DNA of 64,000 nucleotides from an uncultured Pseudomonadaceae bacterium (GTDB lineage: Bacteria; Pseudomonadota; Gammaproteobacteria; Pseudomonadales; Pseudomonadaceae). Under the pieces are notes generated by a model that was not told the DNA's origin, ran no database searches, and was given only the letters and a program-made list of their open reading frames with translations. Where the stretch lies: assembly GCA_963974865.1 (NCBI GenBank), contig CAXBEU010000014.1, positions 1,825 to 65,824 on the forward strand. Reading direction: 5' to 3'. Made by a program: the position numbers and the translations under genes. Position 1 is the first letter of the stretch, and every line of letters starts with the position of its first letter. Below, in pieces: positions 23,011 through 35,937 of the stretch.

Positions 23011-23039
23011 AATATAACAGCATTTTTTAAGTGCTTCAA
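23011..23039 (-). promoter_or_regulatory. sigma70 promoter of rne
   Basis: Minus strand TTGAAG-17 nt-TATATT. Confidence 0.65.
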
Positions 23040-23066
23040 TTGCAAGAAAAAATGTATCATGCGCGG

Positions 23067-24026
23067 ATGAATACAAGTTCCCCCGATACCTCTCCCAAAG
23101 TCCAGAATGATCTTATCAGCGAAGATCAGGCTGGGCAGCGAATTGACAATTATCTGATGACCCGGCTCAAGGGTGCTCCGCGCACTTTTGTCTACCGCAT
23201 CCTGCGCAAGGGTGAGGTGCGGGTGAACAAGGGCCGCATCAAGCCAGAGTATCGCTTGCAGGCCGGCGACAATGTACGTATCCCGCCGGTTCGCCTGCCG
23301 GAGCCGAACGAGCCGGTACTGGTCGGGCAGGGCATATTGACTACGCTGGAGAGCAACATTGTCTATGAGGACAAGGGCTTGATCGTGGTCAACAAGCCGG
23401 CTGGTCTGGCCGTGCACGGCGGCAGCGGGCTGAACTTCGGCGTGATTGAAGCCATGCGACAGATGCGTCCCGATTGTCCGCAAATGGAGCTGGTTCATCG
23501 CCTGGATCGGGATACTTCCGGCTGCCTGATGGTGGCGAAAAAGCGCAGCATGCTGCGCCACCTGCATGCGGCGCTGCGCGGTGATGGCGTGCGCAAGCGC
23601 TATATCGCACTGGTTCGCGGCCACTGGCCGGCGACCACCAAGCGGGTGCACGCACCCTTGCAGAAAAATAACCTGCGCTCGGGCGAACGCATGGTGGAAG
23701 TCAATCCCGAGGGCAAGGAATCGCTGACCGAGTTCAGCGTGATCCAGCGCTTTGGTGATTTCGCCACCCTTGTGGAAGCCCGCCCGATTACCGGCCGTAC
23801 CCACCAGATTCGTGTCCATGCCCGGCATGCCGGGCATCCGATTGCCGGTGATCCAAAGTACGGCGATGACGATTTTTCCCAGCAGATTCGTGAGCTGGGT
23901 GGCAAGCGCCTGTTTCTGCACGCCGCCTCGCTGACCACCGAGTTGCCGGACGGTACCCGCCTGGACGCTGCTGCAGAGCCGGGCAAGATGTGGGACGACA
24001 CACTGAGAAAGCTGAACAATGTCTGA
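23067..24026 (+). CDS. rluC: 23S rRNA pseudouridine(955/2504/2580) synthase
   Basis: S4 domain [43 protein letters not shown]; divergent from rne. Likely ATG at 23067. Confidence 0.96.
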   Translation: MNTSSPDTSPKVQNDLISEDQAGQRIDNYLMTRLKGAPRTFVYRILRKGEVRVNKGRIKPEYRLQAGDNVRIPPVRLPEPNEPVLVGQGILTTLESNIVYEDKGLIVVNKPAGLAVHGGSGLNFGVIEAMRQMRPDCPQMELVHRLDRDTSGCLMVAKKRSMLRHLHAALRGDGVRKRYIALVRGHWPATTKRVHAPLQKNNLRSGERMVEVNPEGKESLTEFSVIQRFGDFATLVEARPITGRTHQIRVHARHAGHPIAGDPKYGDDDFSQQIRELGGKRLFLHAASLTTELPDGTRLDAAAEPGKMWDDTLRKLNNV

Positions 24027-24726
24027 GATTCGAACGCTGATATTTGACTGGGATGGCACGCTGTCCGACTCCATCTCCCGGATTGTCGAGTGCATGCGCG
24101 GTGCGGCCGAACTGATTGGTGTCCCTTTACCGGCAGAGCAGCAGGTGCGTGACATTATTGGCCTGGGTTTGCCTGAAGCGGTGGCCATTCTGTTTCCGGA
24201 TATCGAAGACCCGGCTCTGACCAGGCGCCTGACCGAAGCTTACAGTCAGTATTTTGTAGCTCAGGAGCACACGCCTTCGCCGCTGTTTGACGGCGTGATG
24301 GAGGCCTTGACCGACTTTCGCCAGGCAGGTTACCAGTTGGCTGTGGCTACGGGTAAAAGTCGGCGGGGGTTGGACCGGGTTTTGAAGTCACATGATCTGA
24401 CGAATTTTTTTGATGTGACGCGCTGCGCTGACGAGAGTCTCAGCAAGCCACACCCGCGCATGCTTGAAGAAATACTCAATCACCTGGAGACCCCCGCTAG
24501 CCGCGCGGTGATGCTGGGTGACAGCGAATATGATATCCGTATGGCGCATAACGCGCGGGTGCGGGCAGTGGCTGTCAGCTATGGCGCGCAGTCCCGCGAG
24601 CACCTGTTGCAAAGCCGCCCCGAGCATTGTATTGATGCCTTCAGCGAGTTCCATCCCTGGGTCATGTCGGGCGTCAATTCCGGCCCCGTCAGCAAATCCA
24701 TCACCGTTCCCGTCACTAGAGGTTAG
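24019..24726 (+). CDS. HAD-family hydrolase (phosphoglycolate phosphatase-like)
   Basis: [29 protein letters not shown]. Confidence 0.92.
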   Translation: MSEIRTLIFDWDGTLSDSISRIVECMRGAAELIGVPLPAEQQVRDIIGLGLPEAVAILFPDIEDPALTRRLTEAYSQYFVAQEHTPSPLFDGVMEALTDFRQAGYQLAVATGKSRRGLDRVLKSHDLTNFFDVTRCADESLSKPHPRMLEEILNHLETPASRAVMLGDSEYDIRMAHNARVRAVAVSYGAQSREHLLQSRPEHCIDAFSEFHPWVMSGVNSGPVSKSITVPVTRG

Positions 24727-24729
24727 AGA

Positions 24730-25743
24730 ATGTCATCGGATAAGTGGACCGAAGGTCCTCAGCAGGATCGTGAGCAAACCCGGGAAGCCGCGCTGAAAAG
24801 TCGCGAGGACCGCAAGGCCTGGGAATTGTTGGAGAAGGGGCTGCTGGCATCGACCCAGGAACAGCGCCGCTCGCGCCGCTGGGGTATTTTCTTCAAGACC
24901 CTGACCTTCGTTTATCTGTTCGGCGCCATCATGCTGTTTTCGCCGTTTGCCTCGCTGGATCGTGCCAGCTCTGCAGGCCAGCCACATACGGCGGTTATCG
25001 AGTTGCGCGGCATCATTGCCGATCAGCAGGAGGCCAGTGCCGACAACCTGATCACCAGCCTGCGCAAAGCCTTTGAAGATGACAATACGCGCGGCGTCAT
25101 CTTGCGAATAAACAGCCCCGGGGGTAGTCCGGTCCAGTCCGGTTACGTCTATGACGAAATCAAGCGCCTGCGCGCCTTGAATCCGGACAAGAAGCTGTAT
25201 GCGGTGATTACTGATCTGGGGGCTTCGGGCGCTTATTACATAGCCGCCGCTGCCGACGAGATCTACGCCGACAAGGCCAGTCTAGTCGGCTCCATCGGTG
25301 TCACGGCAGCGGGCTTCGGCTTTGTCGATACACTGGAAAAGCTGGGTGTCGAGCGCCGTACCTACACCGCAGGTGAGCACAAGGCGTTTCTTGATCCCTT
25401 CCAGCCGGAGAAGCCTGAAGAACGCGCCTTCTGGCAGGATGTGCTGCAGACTACCCATCAGCAGTTCATTGCTCAGGTCAAGGCGGGGCGGGGTGATCGC
25501 CTGAAGGATGATCCGGATATGTTCAGTGGTCTGGTCTGGTCTGGCGAGCAGGCGGTGGATCTGGGGCTGGTTGATGGCCTGTCCAGTACCTCGGCGGTCG
25601 CTCGAGATATCATCGGGGTCGAAGAGGTGGTCGACTTTACCCACCGCGAATCGCCGTTCCAGCGTTTTTCGCGCCAACTGGGTACCAGTATCGGCAACAC
25701 GCTGGCGATGCACCTGGGTCTGAGTGCGCCCGTTCTGCGCTAA
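24730..25743 (+). CDS. sppA: S49 family peptidase (SppA-like)
   Basis: RINSPGGSPVQS, GASGAYYIAAAAD, LVGSIGV, GEHKAFLDPF, FSGLVWSGEQA. Confidence 0.9.
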   Translation: MSSDKWTEGPQQDREQTREAALKSREDRKAWELLEKGLLASTQEQRRSRRWGIFFKTLTFVYLFGAIMLFSPFASLDRASSAGQPHTAVIELRGIIADQQEASADNLITSLRKAFEDDNTRGVILRINSPGGSPVQSGYVYDEIKRLRALNPDKKLYAVITDLGASGAYYIAAAADEIYADKASLVGSIGVTAAGFGFVDTLEKLGVERRTYTAGEHKAFLDPFQPEKPEERAFWQDVLQTTHQQFIAQVKAGRGDRLKDDPDMFSGLVWSGEQAVDLGLVDGLSSTSAVARDIIGVEEVVDFTHRESPFQRFSRQLGTSIGNTLAMHLGLSAPVLR

Positions 25744-25754
25744 GGCGCCGGCAC

Positions 25755-26333
25755 TCAGGGCAAGTCGATTCCTTCCTTTATAAGCATGTCGCACAGCCTG
25801 ATCAGCGGAAGCCCGATCAGGCTGTTGGGATCATCGCCACGCAAGGCATGAAACAGCGTAATACCCAGACCCTCCATCTTGAAACTGCCTGCGCAGTCGT
25901 AAGGTTGCTCCTTTAGCAGGTAGCGCTCGATACGCGCATCGTCCAGCGTTCTGAACACCACATCGAAGGGCTCGGTCACGCACTGGTGTTTACCGCTGTG
26001 GCTATTGAGCAGGCACAGTGACGTGTAGAAGGTCAGTGTTCTGCCGCTGCAGGCCCGCAGTTGCTCGCGAGCGGCGGCGTGGCTGCCCGGTTTGCTCAAG
26101 GCTGCGCCGTCGAGCAGCAATACCTGATCAGAACCTATCAGCAGGTGTTCTGGGTGCTGATCTGCCAGGGCCTGAGCTTTGCTCAAGGCCAGGCGCAGTG
26201 TCAGCTCCTGGGCGTTTTCTCCGGGCCGGACCGCTTCGTCAATCTCGGGCGCTGCCCAACTGAAAGGCAGGTTCAGACGTTCCAGCAGGGCGCGGCGATA
26301 GGGCGAGCTGGAGGCGAGGACGATAGGCAGCAT
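25755..26333 (-). CDS. yceF: Maf-family nucleotide pyrophosphatase (YceF type)
   Basis: LASSSPYRRALL, LIGSDQV, CAGSFKMEGLGI, SLIGLPL. Confidence 0.9.
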   Translation of the reverse strand: MLPIVLASSSPYRRALLERLNLPFSWAAPEIDEAVRPGENAQELTLRLALSKAQALADQHPEHLLIGSDQVLLLDGAALSKPGSHAAAREQLRACSGRTLTFYTSLCLLNSHSGKHQCVTEPFDVVFRTLDDARIERYLLKEQPYDCAGSFKMEGLGITLFHALRGDDPNSLIGLPLIRLCDMLIKEGIDLP

Positions 26334-26408
26334 GGCGTTGACCTTCTGGTGATTGGCGATGCCATTCTAACCCTGGTGCGCGGCCTTGGGTTTAATCTGC
26401 AAATAGTT

Positions 26409-26437
26409 TTGACAGCGGGGCGCATGATGCCTAGAAT
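26409..26437 (+). promoter_or_regulatory. sigma70 promoter of yceD-rpmF-plsX-fab operon
   Basis: TTGACA-17 nt-TAGAAT, near consensus. Confidence 0.8.
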
Positions 26438-26446
26438 TGCGCGCTT

Positions 26447-26971
26447 ATGTCTGGACCCATACCTGCACACATAGAGCCACGCAAGCTGGTTGACCGCGAA
26501 ATCGTTCTGAAAGGAACCGTTGCTGCCGTCAAGATGCCACGCCTGAGTGCCCTGTTGGACGCTCCTGCCGGGGACGTTCAGGTTGAACTCGCTTTTGCGC
26601 GGGACGCGCAGGGTATTGCTACCTTGCACGGCCATTACCAGGTAGAAGTGGCACTGATTTGTCAGCGCTGCCTCGAACAGGTACTGGTACCGCTCGATAG
26701 TCAGTGTGACGTGGGTTTTGTAACCAGTGACGAGGCAGCCAAACAGCTACCGCGGCACTATGAACCGGTTATTATGGATGATGAACCCCTGGATCTGCAT
26801 GCGCTGATCGAGGATGAACTGCTCCTGGCTCTGCCTGCAGTTCCAATGCATCCAATGGAAACATGTCAGCATCCTCCGGGCTACCAACCCGATCCGGAGG
26901 AACCTGAAGCGGAAAAGACTGAGAAGCCTAATCCCTTTAGTGTGTTGGCATCGTTAAAACGTGATACCTAA
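26447..26971 (+). CDS. yceD: YceD/DUF177 23S rRNA accumulation protein
   Basis: CQRCL, LIEDELLLALP, terminal NPFSVLASLK; precedes rpmF. Confidence 0.93.
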   Translation: MSGPIPAHIEPRKLVDREIVLKGTVAAVKMPRLSALLDAPAGDVQVELAFARDAQGIATLHGHYQVEVALICQRCLEQVLVPLDSQCDVGFVTSDEAAKQLPRHYEPVIMDDEPLDLHALIEDELLLALPAVPMHPMETCQHPPGYQPDPEEPEAEKTEKPNPFSVLASLKRDT

Positions 26972-26989
26972 GCTTAGGAGCTTATCGCC

Positions 26990-27172
26990 ATGGCTGTACA
27001 GCAGAACAAAAAGTCTCGTTCCGCACGCGGAATGCGTCGTTCACACGATTCACTGACCTCAGCGGCACTGTCAGTGGACAGCACTACTGGTGAGACTCAC
27101 CTTCGTCACCACATGACTCCCGATGGCTTCTACCGTGGCCGTCAGATAGTTAACAAGGACAACGACGAGTAA
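26990..27172 (+). CDS. rpmF: 50S ribosomal protein L32
   Basis: [20 protein letters not shown]...HLRHH...YRGR. Confidence 0.98.
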   Translation: MAVQQNKKSRSARGMRRSHDSLTSAALSVDSTTGETHLRHHMTPDGFYRGRQIVNKDNDE

Positions 27173-27175
27173 GTC

Positions 27176-28201
27176 TTGTCCACGTCAATCCGCCTTGCGA
27201 TTGATGTGATGGGCGGGGACTTCGGTCCCCGTTGCATTATTCCTGCAGTTGCCCGCAGCTTGCAGTCGACACCTGATCTACAGGTTATTCTGGTGGGTTC
27301 TTCCGAACCCGTATCCCAGCTTTGCCAGCAATACCAGCTTCCCCCTGATCGTTTCCAACTTGTCCCGACTACCGAAGTCATTCTTGCCGATGATCCGCCT
27401 GCCAGCGTTTTGCGTGGCAAAAAGGATGCGTCCATGCGCGTGGCGATCGAGCAGGTGCGCGATGGTCATGCCGATGGTTGCCTGAGTGCCGGCAATACTG
27501 GCGCCTTGATGGTGCTGTCACGGGCGTTGCTGGGTACGCTGCCGGGCATTGAGCGGCCGGCCATCATGGCGGCGCTGCCGGTAGCCGGCCGATCCTGTTT
27601 TCTGCTCGATCTGGGTGCCAATGTGGACTGCTCTGCGCGTCAGCTGCTGGAGTTCGCCATCATGGGCTCGGAGGCCGCCAGTGAGATCACTGGCGTCGAA
27701 CGGCCGCGTGTGGCGTTGCTGAACATAGGCAGTGAGGTCAACAAAGGATCGCATATTGTCAGGGAGGCGGCGCAGCTGCTGCGCGATTGCAATCTGGTGA
27801 ACTACATTGGTCATATCGAAGGCGACGGGCTGTTTCGTGGCGATGCCGATGTGGTGGTCTGTGATGGGTTCGTCGGCAATGTGGTGCTCAAGGCCAGCGA
27901 GGGGCTTGCCGGCTATTTGCAGGGCGAGATCCGTAATGCACTGGGCAGCAGCTTGCTGTTGCGCTGCCTGTCACCCTTTCTGCGCGGTGCGCTCAAACCG
28001 ATGATCCAGCGACATGATCCGGGCGCCTACAATGGTGCCAGCTTGCTGGGGCTCAAGGGGGTGGTGGTCAAGAGCCACGGCAATGCTGATGAAAAGGCAT
28101 TTCATGCTGCGATCCAGCAAACTCTGAGGATCAGTCGCGCCGGCTTGCCGCAACGCATCTCCGCCAGGCTGGCCACGCTTGACTGGCCGGCCAAGTGTTA
28201 G
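27176..28201 (+). CDS. plsX: Phosphate acyltransferase
   Basis: AIDVMGGDFGP, SAGNTGA, LDLGANVD, LLNIGSE, DGFVGNV, VVKSHG. Confidence 0.95.
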   Translation: MSTSIRLAIDVMGGDFGPRCIIPAVARSLQSTPDLQVILVGSSEPVSQLCQQYQLPPDRFQLVPTTEVILADDPPASVLRGKKDASMRVAIEQVRDGHADGCLSAGNTGALMVLSRALLGTLPGIERPAIMAALPVAGRSCFLLDLGANVDCSARQLLEFAIMGSEAASEITGVERPRVALLNIGSEVNKGSHIVREAAQLLRDCNLVNYIGHIEGDGLFRGDADVVVCDGFVGNVVLKASEGLAGYLQGEIRNALGSSLLLRCLSPFLRGALKPMIQRHDPGAYNGASLLGLKGVVVKSHGNADEKAFHAAIQQTLRISRAGLPQRISARLATLDWPAKC

Positions 28202-28334
28202 CCTGCGGTAATGCATTCCCTTGTGACCCATTGGTCATGGGCGCCATCCAATCTGCAATCCATAGGGCATGGCGCGCCTGATAGGTATGGCGATGTTGCC
28301 ACCAAGATTTTGCTAATAAAATGAGGAAGATGGT

Positions 28335-29282
28335 ATGACGCAAACCCTCGCGTTCGTATTTCCAGGCCAAGGCTCTCAAGCCATTGGCATGCTTGCCGGT
28401 CTGGCCGAGCACCACGGTCAGATTGCCGACACCTTCGCCGAGGCCTCCGAGGCGCTCGGCTACGATCTCTGGAAGCTTTGCCAGGAAGGTCCGGAAGCGG
28501 ATCTCAACCGCACTGACATAACCCAGCCGGCGATTCTTGCCGCGTCAGTCGCCCTGTGGCGGCTCTGGTGTGCCAAGACCGATGTGCGTCCGGCCTATGT
28601 GGCGGGTCACAGTCTGGGTGAGTACTCCGCGCTGGTCGCTGCCAACGTGCTCGGCTTTGCCGACGCGCTGCGCCTGGTCGAGCGCCGTGGGCAGTTGATG
28701 CAGCAGGCGGTGCCGCAGGGGCAGGGCGGCATGGCGGCGATTCTGGGTCTGGAGGATCAGCAGATCATCGATATCTGTGCCGAGACGGCGCAGGGTGAAG
28801 TGGTTAGCGCAGTGAATTTCAATGCTCCAGGGCAGGTCGTTATTGCTGGTCAGGCCAGTGCAGTAGAGCGCGCCATCGCCGACTGCAAGGCCGCGGGTGC
28901 CAAGCGCGCCATTGCACTGCCGGTCAGTGTGCCGTCACACTGCGCACTGATGAAGTCGGCGGCTGAGCAGTTGGGCAAGGATTTTGCCGGCTTGGCATGG
29001 CAGGCTCCGCAGATGATTCTGGTGCAGAACGTATCGGCGCGGCCGGCTGCGGATCTGGACAGTTTGCGTCATCTGCTGGTTGAGCAGCTGTATAATCCTG
29101 TGCGCTGGGTGGAAAGTGTCGTCTGGATGGCCGAGCAGGGTGTTACGGATCTGGTCGAGTGTGGCCCAGGCAAAGTGCTGTCAGGGCTTAACAAGCGCTG
29201 CGCCAAAGGCGTGAATACCCATAACCTTGAATCCGCAGACGGCTTCGCAGCTACCCTGAATCACTTTACACAAGGAGCCTGA
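28335..29282 (+). CDS. fabD: Malonyl-CoA:ACP transacylase
   Basis: FPGQGSQ, GHSLGEYSA, VNFNAPGQVV, VPSHC, ECGPGKVL. Confidence 0.97.
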   Translation: MTQTLAFVFPGQGSQAIGMLAGLAEHHGQIADTFAEASEALGYDLWKLCQEGPEADLNRTDITQPAILAASVALWRLWCAKTDVRPAYVAGHSLGEYSALVAANVLGFADALRLVERRGQLMQQAVPQGQGGMAAILGLEDQQIIDICAETAQGEVVSAVNFNAPGQVVIAGQASAVERAIADCKAAGAKRAIALPVSVPSHCALMKSAAEQLGKDFAGLAWQAPQMILVQNVSARPAADLDSLRHLLVEQLYNPVRWVESVVWMAEQGVTDLVECGPGKVLSGLNKRCAKGVNTHNLESADGFAATLNHFTQGA

Positions 29283-29284
29283 AC

Positions 29285-30028
29285 ATGAGTCTTGAAGGAA
29301 AAGTTGCGCTGGTTACCGGTGCCAGCCGAGGTATCGGCCAGGCCATCGCCCACGCCCTGGCAGCCAAAGGCGCCATTGTCATTGGTACCGCTACCAGCGA
29401 CAGCGGCGCTACCGCCATCGCCGACAAACTCTCGGAAGCGGGCTACACTGGCACCGGCATCAAGCTTGATGTGCGCGATCCGGCGTCCATTGCCGCCGTA
29501 CTCGAGCAGATTGCCGGGCAATTCGGCACGCCTTCGATACTGGTCAATAACGCGGGTATCACCGGCGATAACCTGCTGATGCGCATGAAGGATGACGAGT
29601 GGGATGAGGTGATCAATACCAACCTCGGGTCTGTTTACCGTTTGTCCAAGGCGGTATTGCGGGGCATGACCAAAGCCCGTTGGGGGCGTATCATCAACAT
29701 CAGTTCCGTGGTCGCCGGTATGGGCAATGCAGGGCAGTCAAACTACGCTGCTTCCAAGGCGGGAATGGAAGGTTTTACCCGGGCATTGGCTCGGGAAGTC
29801 GGTTCGCGATCGATCACCGTCAATGCCGTAGCGCCGGGATTTATCGACACTGATATGACCAAGGCCTTGAATGAAGGCCAGCGCTCTGCAATGCTGGAGC
29901 AGATCCCGCTTGGGCGTCTTGGCCAGGCCGATGAAATTGCCGCAGTGGTCGAATTTCTGGCCGGCGAGTCCGCTGGTTATATCACCGGTGCAATCATTCC
30001 GGTGAATGGTGGAATGTATATGAGTTAA
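29285..30028 (+). CDS. fabG: 3-oxoacyl-ACP reductase
   Basis: TGASRGIG, NNAGIT, YAASK, GYITG...VNGGMYM. Confidence 0.97.
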   Translation: MSLEGKVALVTGASRGIGQAIAHALAAKGAIVIGTATSDSGATAIADKLSEAGYTGTGIKLDVRDPASIAAVLEQIAGQFGTPSILVNNAGITGDNLLMRMKDDEWDEVINTNLGSVYRLSKAVLRGMTKARWGRIINISSVVAGMGNAGQSNYAASKAGMEGFTRALAREVGSRSITVNAVAPGFIDTDMTKALNEGQRSAMLEQIPLGRLGQADEIAAVVEFLAGESAGYITGAIIPVNGGMYMS

Positions 30029-30030
30029 GC

Positions 30031-30080
30031 TATGCCCCTCTGGAATGGGCCTTTCGGCCCAGGAAGGGGGCATAATTTTT
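30031..30080 (+). terminator. Long hairpin / possible terminator after fabG
   Basis: Outer stem tatgcccc/ggggcata, inner stem tgggcc/ggccca, followed by atttttt. Confidence 0.55.
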
Positions 30081-30211
30081 ACGCGGTGAAGGCCCAGTGG
30101 CCTTGACCTCTTTGAGATAGAAACGATTCGTGCTTGAAATGACGCAAATTGTTTCTATAAACTACCCGCAGTCCGGCTTCCCGGAACTGCAACCAGGAGT
30201 GAGAACAAGGT

Positions 30212-30448
30212 ATGAGTACCATCGAAGAACGCGTCAAGAAAATCGTTGCCGAGCAGCTCGGCGTCAAAGAAGAAGAAGTGACCAACAGTGCTTCTTTTGT
30301 TGAAGACCTTGGCGCTGACTCGCTTGATACCGTTGAGCTGGTCATGGCTCTCGAAGAAGAATTCGAGACCGAGATTCCGGATGAAGATGCCGAAAAAATC
30401 ACCACCGTTCAGGAAGCAATCAACTACGTGAATACTCACCAGAAGTAA
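30212..30448 (+). CDS. acpP: Acyl carrier protein
   Basis: [20 protein letters not shown] phosphopantetheine motif. Confidence 0.99.
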   Translation: MSTIEERVKKIVAEQLGVKEEEVTNSASFVEDLGADSLDTVELVMALEEEFETEIPDEDAEKITTVQEAINYVNTHQK

Positions 30449-30472
30449 TCACGGCGTTAGCTGACTGTACTG

Positions 30473-30509
30473 AAAAAGCCGCAGTTCCTTCGGGATCTGC
30501 GGCTTTTTT
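30473..30509 (+). terminator. Intrinsic terminator after acpP
   Basis: aaaaagccgcag...ctgcggcttttt hairpin with T tract. Confidence 0.8.
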
Positions 30510-30679
30510 GTATGTCTGCGTTTTGCTTTGGCCAAGCAATCTGCCCGGCTTATATTGCCGAGCAGGTGCTTTATGCGGACAATACCCGACTGACGCAAGC
30601 GGGAGCCTGATTTTCCCGGCTTGTTATCGCTTGTGACGGCTTATAAAAAAGTCTGGAAGAGTTTAATAAGGAGCATCCT

Positions 30680-31918
30680 GTGTCGCGTAGACGCGTCGTG
30701 GTAACCGGCTTGGGTATGTTGACCCCCCTGGGTAATTCAGTCGACAGCAGTTGGCAGGCTGCCCTCGCGGGCAAAAGCGGCATCGGTCCGATAGAACATA
30801 TGGATGTCAGTGCCTTTGGCACTCGCTTCGGCGGCTCCATTCGCGACTTCGATATCGAGCCTTACATGGCCGCCAAGGAAGCGCGCAAGCTGGACCTGTT
30901 CATCCAGTACGGCATAGCCGCCTGCATGCAGGCACTGGCCGATTCGGGCATTGAAGTGACCGATGCCAATCGTGATCGCATCGGCGTGTCCATGGGATCC
31001 GGCATTGGCGGTTTGACCAATATCGAAAAAAACCACGAGCTACTGCTCAACAATGGTCCGCGGCGTATTTCCCCCTTCTTTGTACCCGGCTCGATCATCA
31101 ACATGGTTGCCGGCTACTTTTCAATTCAGTATGGCTTGCAGGGCCCCAATTACGCGCTGACCACGGCCTGCACTACGGGTACGCACAGCATTGGCATGGC
31201 CGCGCGCAATATCGCCTATGGCGAAGCGGACGTGATGATCACCGGCGGCTCGGAAATGGCTACCAGTGGTCTGGGCCTGGGTGGCTTCAGCGCTGCGCGT
31301 GCGCTGTCCACGCGCAACGATGATCCACAGGCCGCCAGCCGGCCTTGGGACAAGGACCGCGACGGCTTCGTGCTGTCTGACGGTTCCGGTGCGATGGTGC
31401 TGGAAGAGTATGAGCATGCCAAGGCACGTGGTGCGACCATCTATGCCGAGCTGATCGGTTTTGGCATGAGCGGCGACGCCTTCCATATGACGGCACCACC
31501 GGAAGATGGCCGCGGCGGCGCCAAATGCATGCAGAACGCTCTCAATGATGCGGGTCTGAATGCTGATCAGGTCGGTTATATCAACGCTCATGGCACCTCG
31601 ACCTCCGCCGGCGATCTGGCCGAAACTAGGGCGGTCAAGTCGGTGTTCGGCGGGCATGCGAGCCAATTGGCGATCAGCTCGACCAAATCCATGACCGGAC
31701 ATCTGTTGGGCGCGGCGGGCGCGGTGGAAGCAATTTTCAGCGTCCTCGCACTGCGCGATCAGGTGGCGCCACCGACGATCAATCTGGACAACCCGGACAT
31801 GGACTGCGATCTCAACTACGTGGCGCATGAGGCACAGCCCAGAGCGCTTGAGGTCACCGTATCGAATTCCTTTGGATTTGGCGGTACCAACGGCAGTCTG
31901 GTGTTTCGTCGTATTTGA
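30680..31918 (+). CDS. fabF: 3-oxoacyl-ACP synthase II
   Basis: [10 protein letters not shown] (catalytic Cys), [29 protein letters not shown]. Confidence 0.97.
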   Translation: MSRRRVVVTGLGMLTPLGNSVDSSWQAALAGKSGIGPIEHMDVSAFGTRFGGSIRDFDIEPYMAAKEARKLDLFIQYGIAACMQALADSGIEVTDANRDRIGVSMGSGIGGLTNIEKNHELLLNNGPRRISPFFVPGSIINMVAGYFSIQYGLQGPNYALTTACTTGTHSIGMAARNIAYGEADVMITGGSEMATSGLGLGGFSAARALSTRNDDPQAASRPWDKDRDGFVLSDGSGAMVLEEYEHAKARGATIYAELIGFGMSGDAFHMTAPPEDGRGGAKCMQNALNDAGLNADQVGYINAHGTSTSAGDLAETRAVKSVFGGHASQLAISSTKSMTGHLLGAAGAVEAIFSVLALRDQVAPPTINLDNPDMDCDLNYVAHEAQPRALEVTVSNSFGFGGTNGSLVFRRI

Positions 31919-32750
31919 TGGGCACGCCCAACGCCAAACTGCCCGAGTGCCTGATCAACGGCCAGCCTGCCAATCAGATCGCGATCACCGATCGCGGCCT
32001 GAACTACGGCGATGGTCTGTTTGAGACGGTACGTGTCAGCCAGGGCCGGATAGCGCTGCTCGACTATCACTTGGCCCGGTTGGAGCGAGGCCTTCAGGCG
32101 CTGAAAATGAAGGCTGACCTGCTGCAAGTGGCGCAGGAATGGCAAGATCTAGCAGCGTTGATGGGTGAGGGCGTGATCAAACTGACCCTGACCCGCGGTG
32201 TTGGCCAGCGCGGTTATGCTATACCTGCAGACGCGCAGCCGGTCAGGATTCAGCAGTGTCTGCCCCCGGTGGTTTATCCGCTTGAGCATGCGCGTGATGG
32301 CGTGCGCCTGTTCCCTTGCACAACGCAACTGGCTCGCCAGCCGCTGTTGGCCGGCATCAAACATCTCAATCGGCTGGAGCAGGTACTGGCGCGCAGTGAG
32401 TGGACTGACACGCAGTTCGCTGAGGGGCTGGTCTGCGATACCCTGGGGCTGCCCATCGAATGCACCATGGGTAATCTTTTCGTGCGAGAAGGCGATCAGT
32501 GGCTGACGCCGAGCCTCGCCAAGTGCGGCGTACGCGGCGTGATGCGCGACTATCTGCTTGACCATTTACGCGCCCAGGGCGAGCAGGTCGAAGAGGTGGC
32601 GCTTGATTATGCGCAACTGACGACGGCCGCCGAGCTATTCTGCTGTAACAGTCTTTACGGCGTCTGGCCGATCATTGCACTCGAGCAACACACATGGCCC
32701 ATCGGGCCCCACACGCGCTATGCCCAGGCATTGGCAGAGCAGGTACTTAA

Positions 32751-32754
<4 letters not shown>
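31918..32754 (+). CDS. pabC: Aminodeoxychorismate lyase
   Basis: DRGLNYGDGLFET, GIKHLNRLEQV, CGVRGVMR, CNSL. Confidence 0.93.
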
Positions 32755-35537
<2,783 letters not shown>

Positions 35538-35569
35538 CCTGCCAGCATCATGATCAGGATGAGTGAGTT

Positions 35570-35926
35570 ATGAGCAATCCCACAGCACCAAGCCCGCGTA
35601 ACGGGATTTTGTCCCTGACCATCAAGGATAAATCGGTTCTGTATGCCGCTTACATGCCCTTCGTCAAACACGGTGGACTGTTTATCCCCACCAACAAGAG
35701 CTACGGCCTGGGCGACGAAGTCTTCATGCTGCTCAACCTGATGGACGAGCCGGAAAAGATTCCCGTGGCAGGCAAGGTCATCTGGGTAACGCCCAAGGGT
35801 GCTCAAGGTAACCGGGCTGCGGGCATCGGTGTGCAGTTCAGTGACCAGGACAACACCGCACGCAGCAAGATTGAAACCTACCTGGCAGGCGCGCTGAAGT
35901 CCGACCGACCAACCCACACGATGTAA
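35570..35926 (+). CDS. pilZ: Type IV pilus assembly protein PilZ
   Basis: LYAAYMPFVKHGGLFIPT...RAAGIGVQF...PTHTM; canonical position between holB and tatD. Confidence 0.95.
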   Translation: MSNPTAPSPRNGILSLTIKDKSVLYAAYMPFVKHGGLFIPTNKSYGLGDEVFMLLNLMDEPEKIPVAGKVIWVTPKGAQGNRAAGIGVQFSDQDNTARSKIETYLAGALKSDRPTHTM

Positions 35927-35937
35927 CTGAGCCCCGC

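Noticed and set aside
28202-28334. fabH missing between plsX and fabD
   Set aside because: Normal for Pseudomonadaceae.
30512-30610. 32-codon sORF between acpP and fabF
   Set aside because: No SD, and it starts immediately after a terminator.
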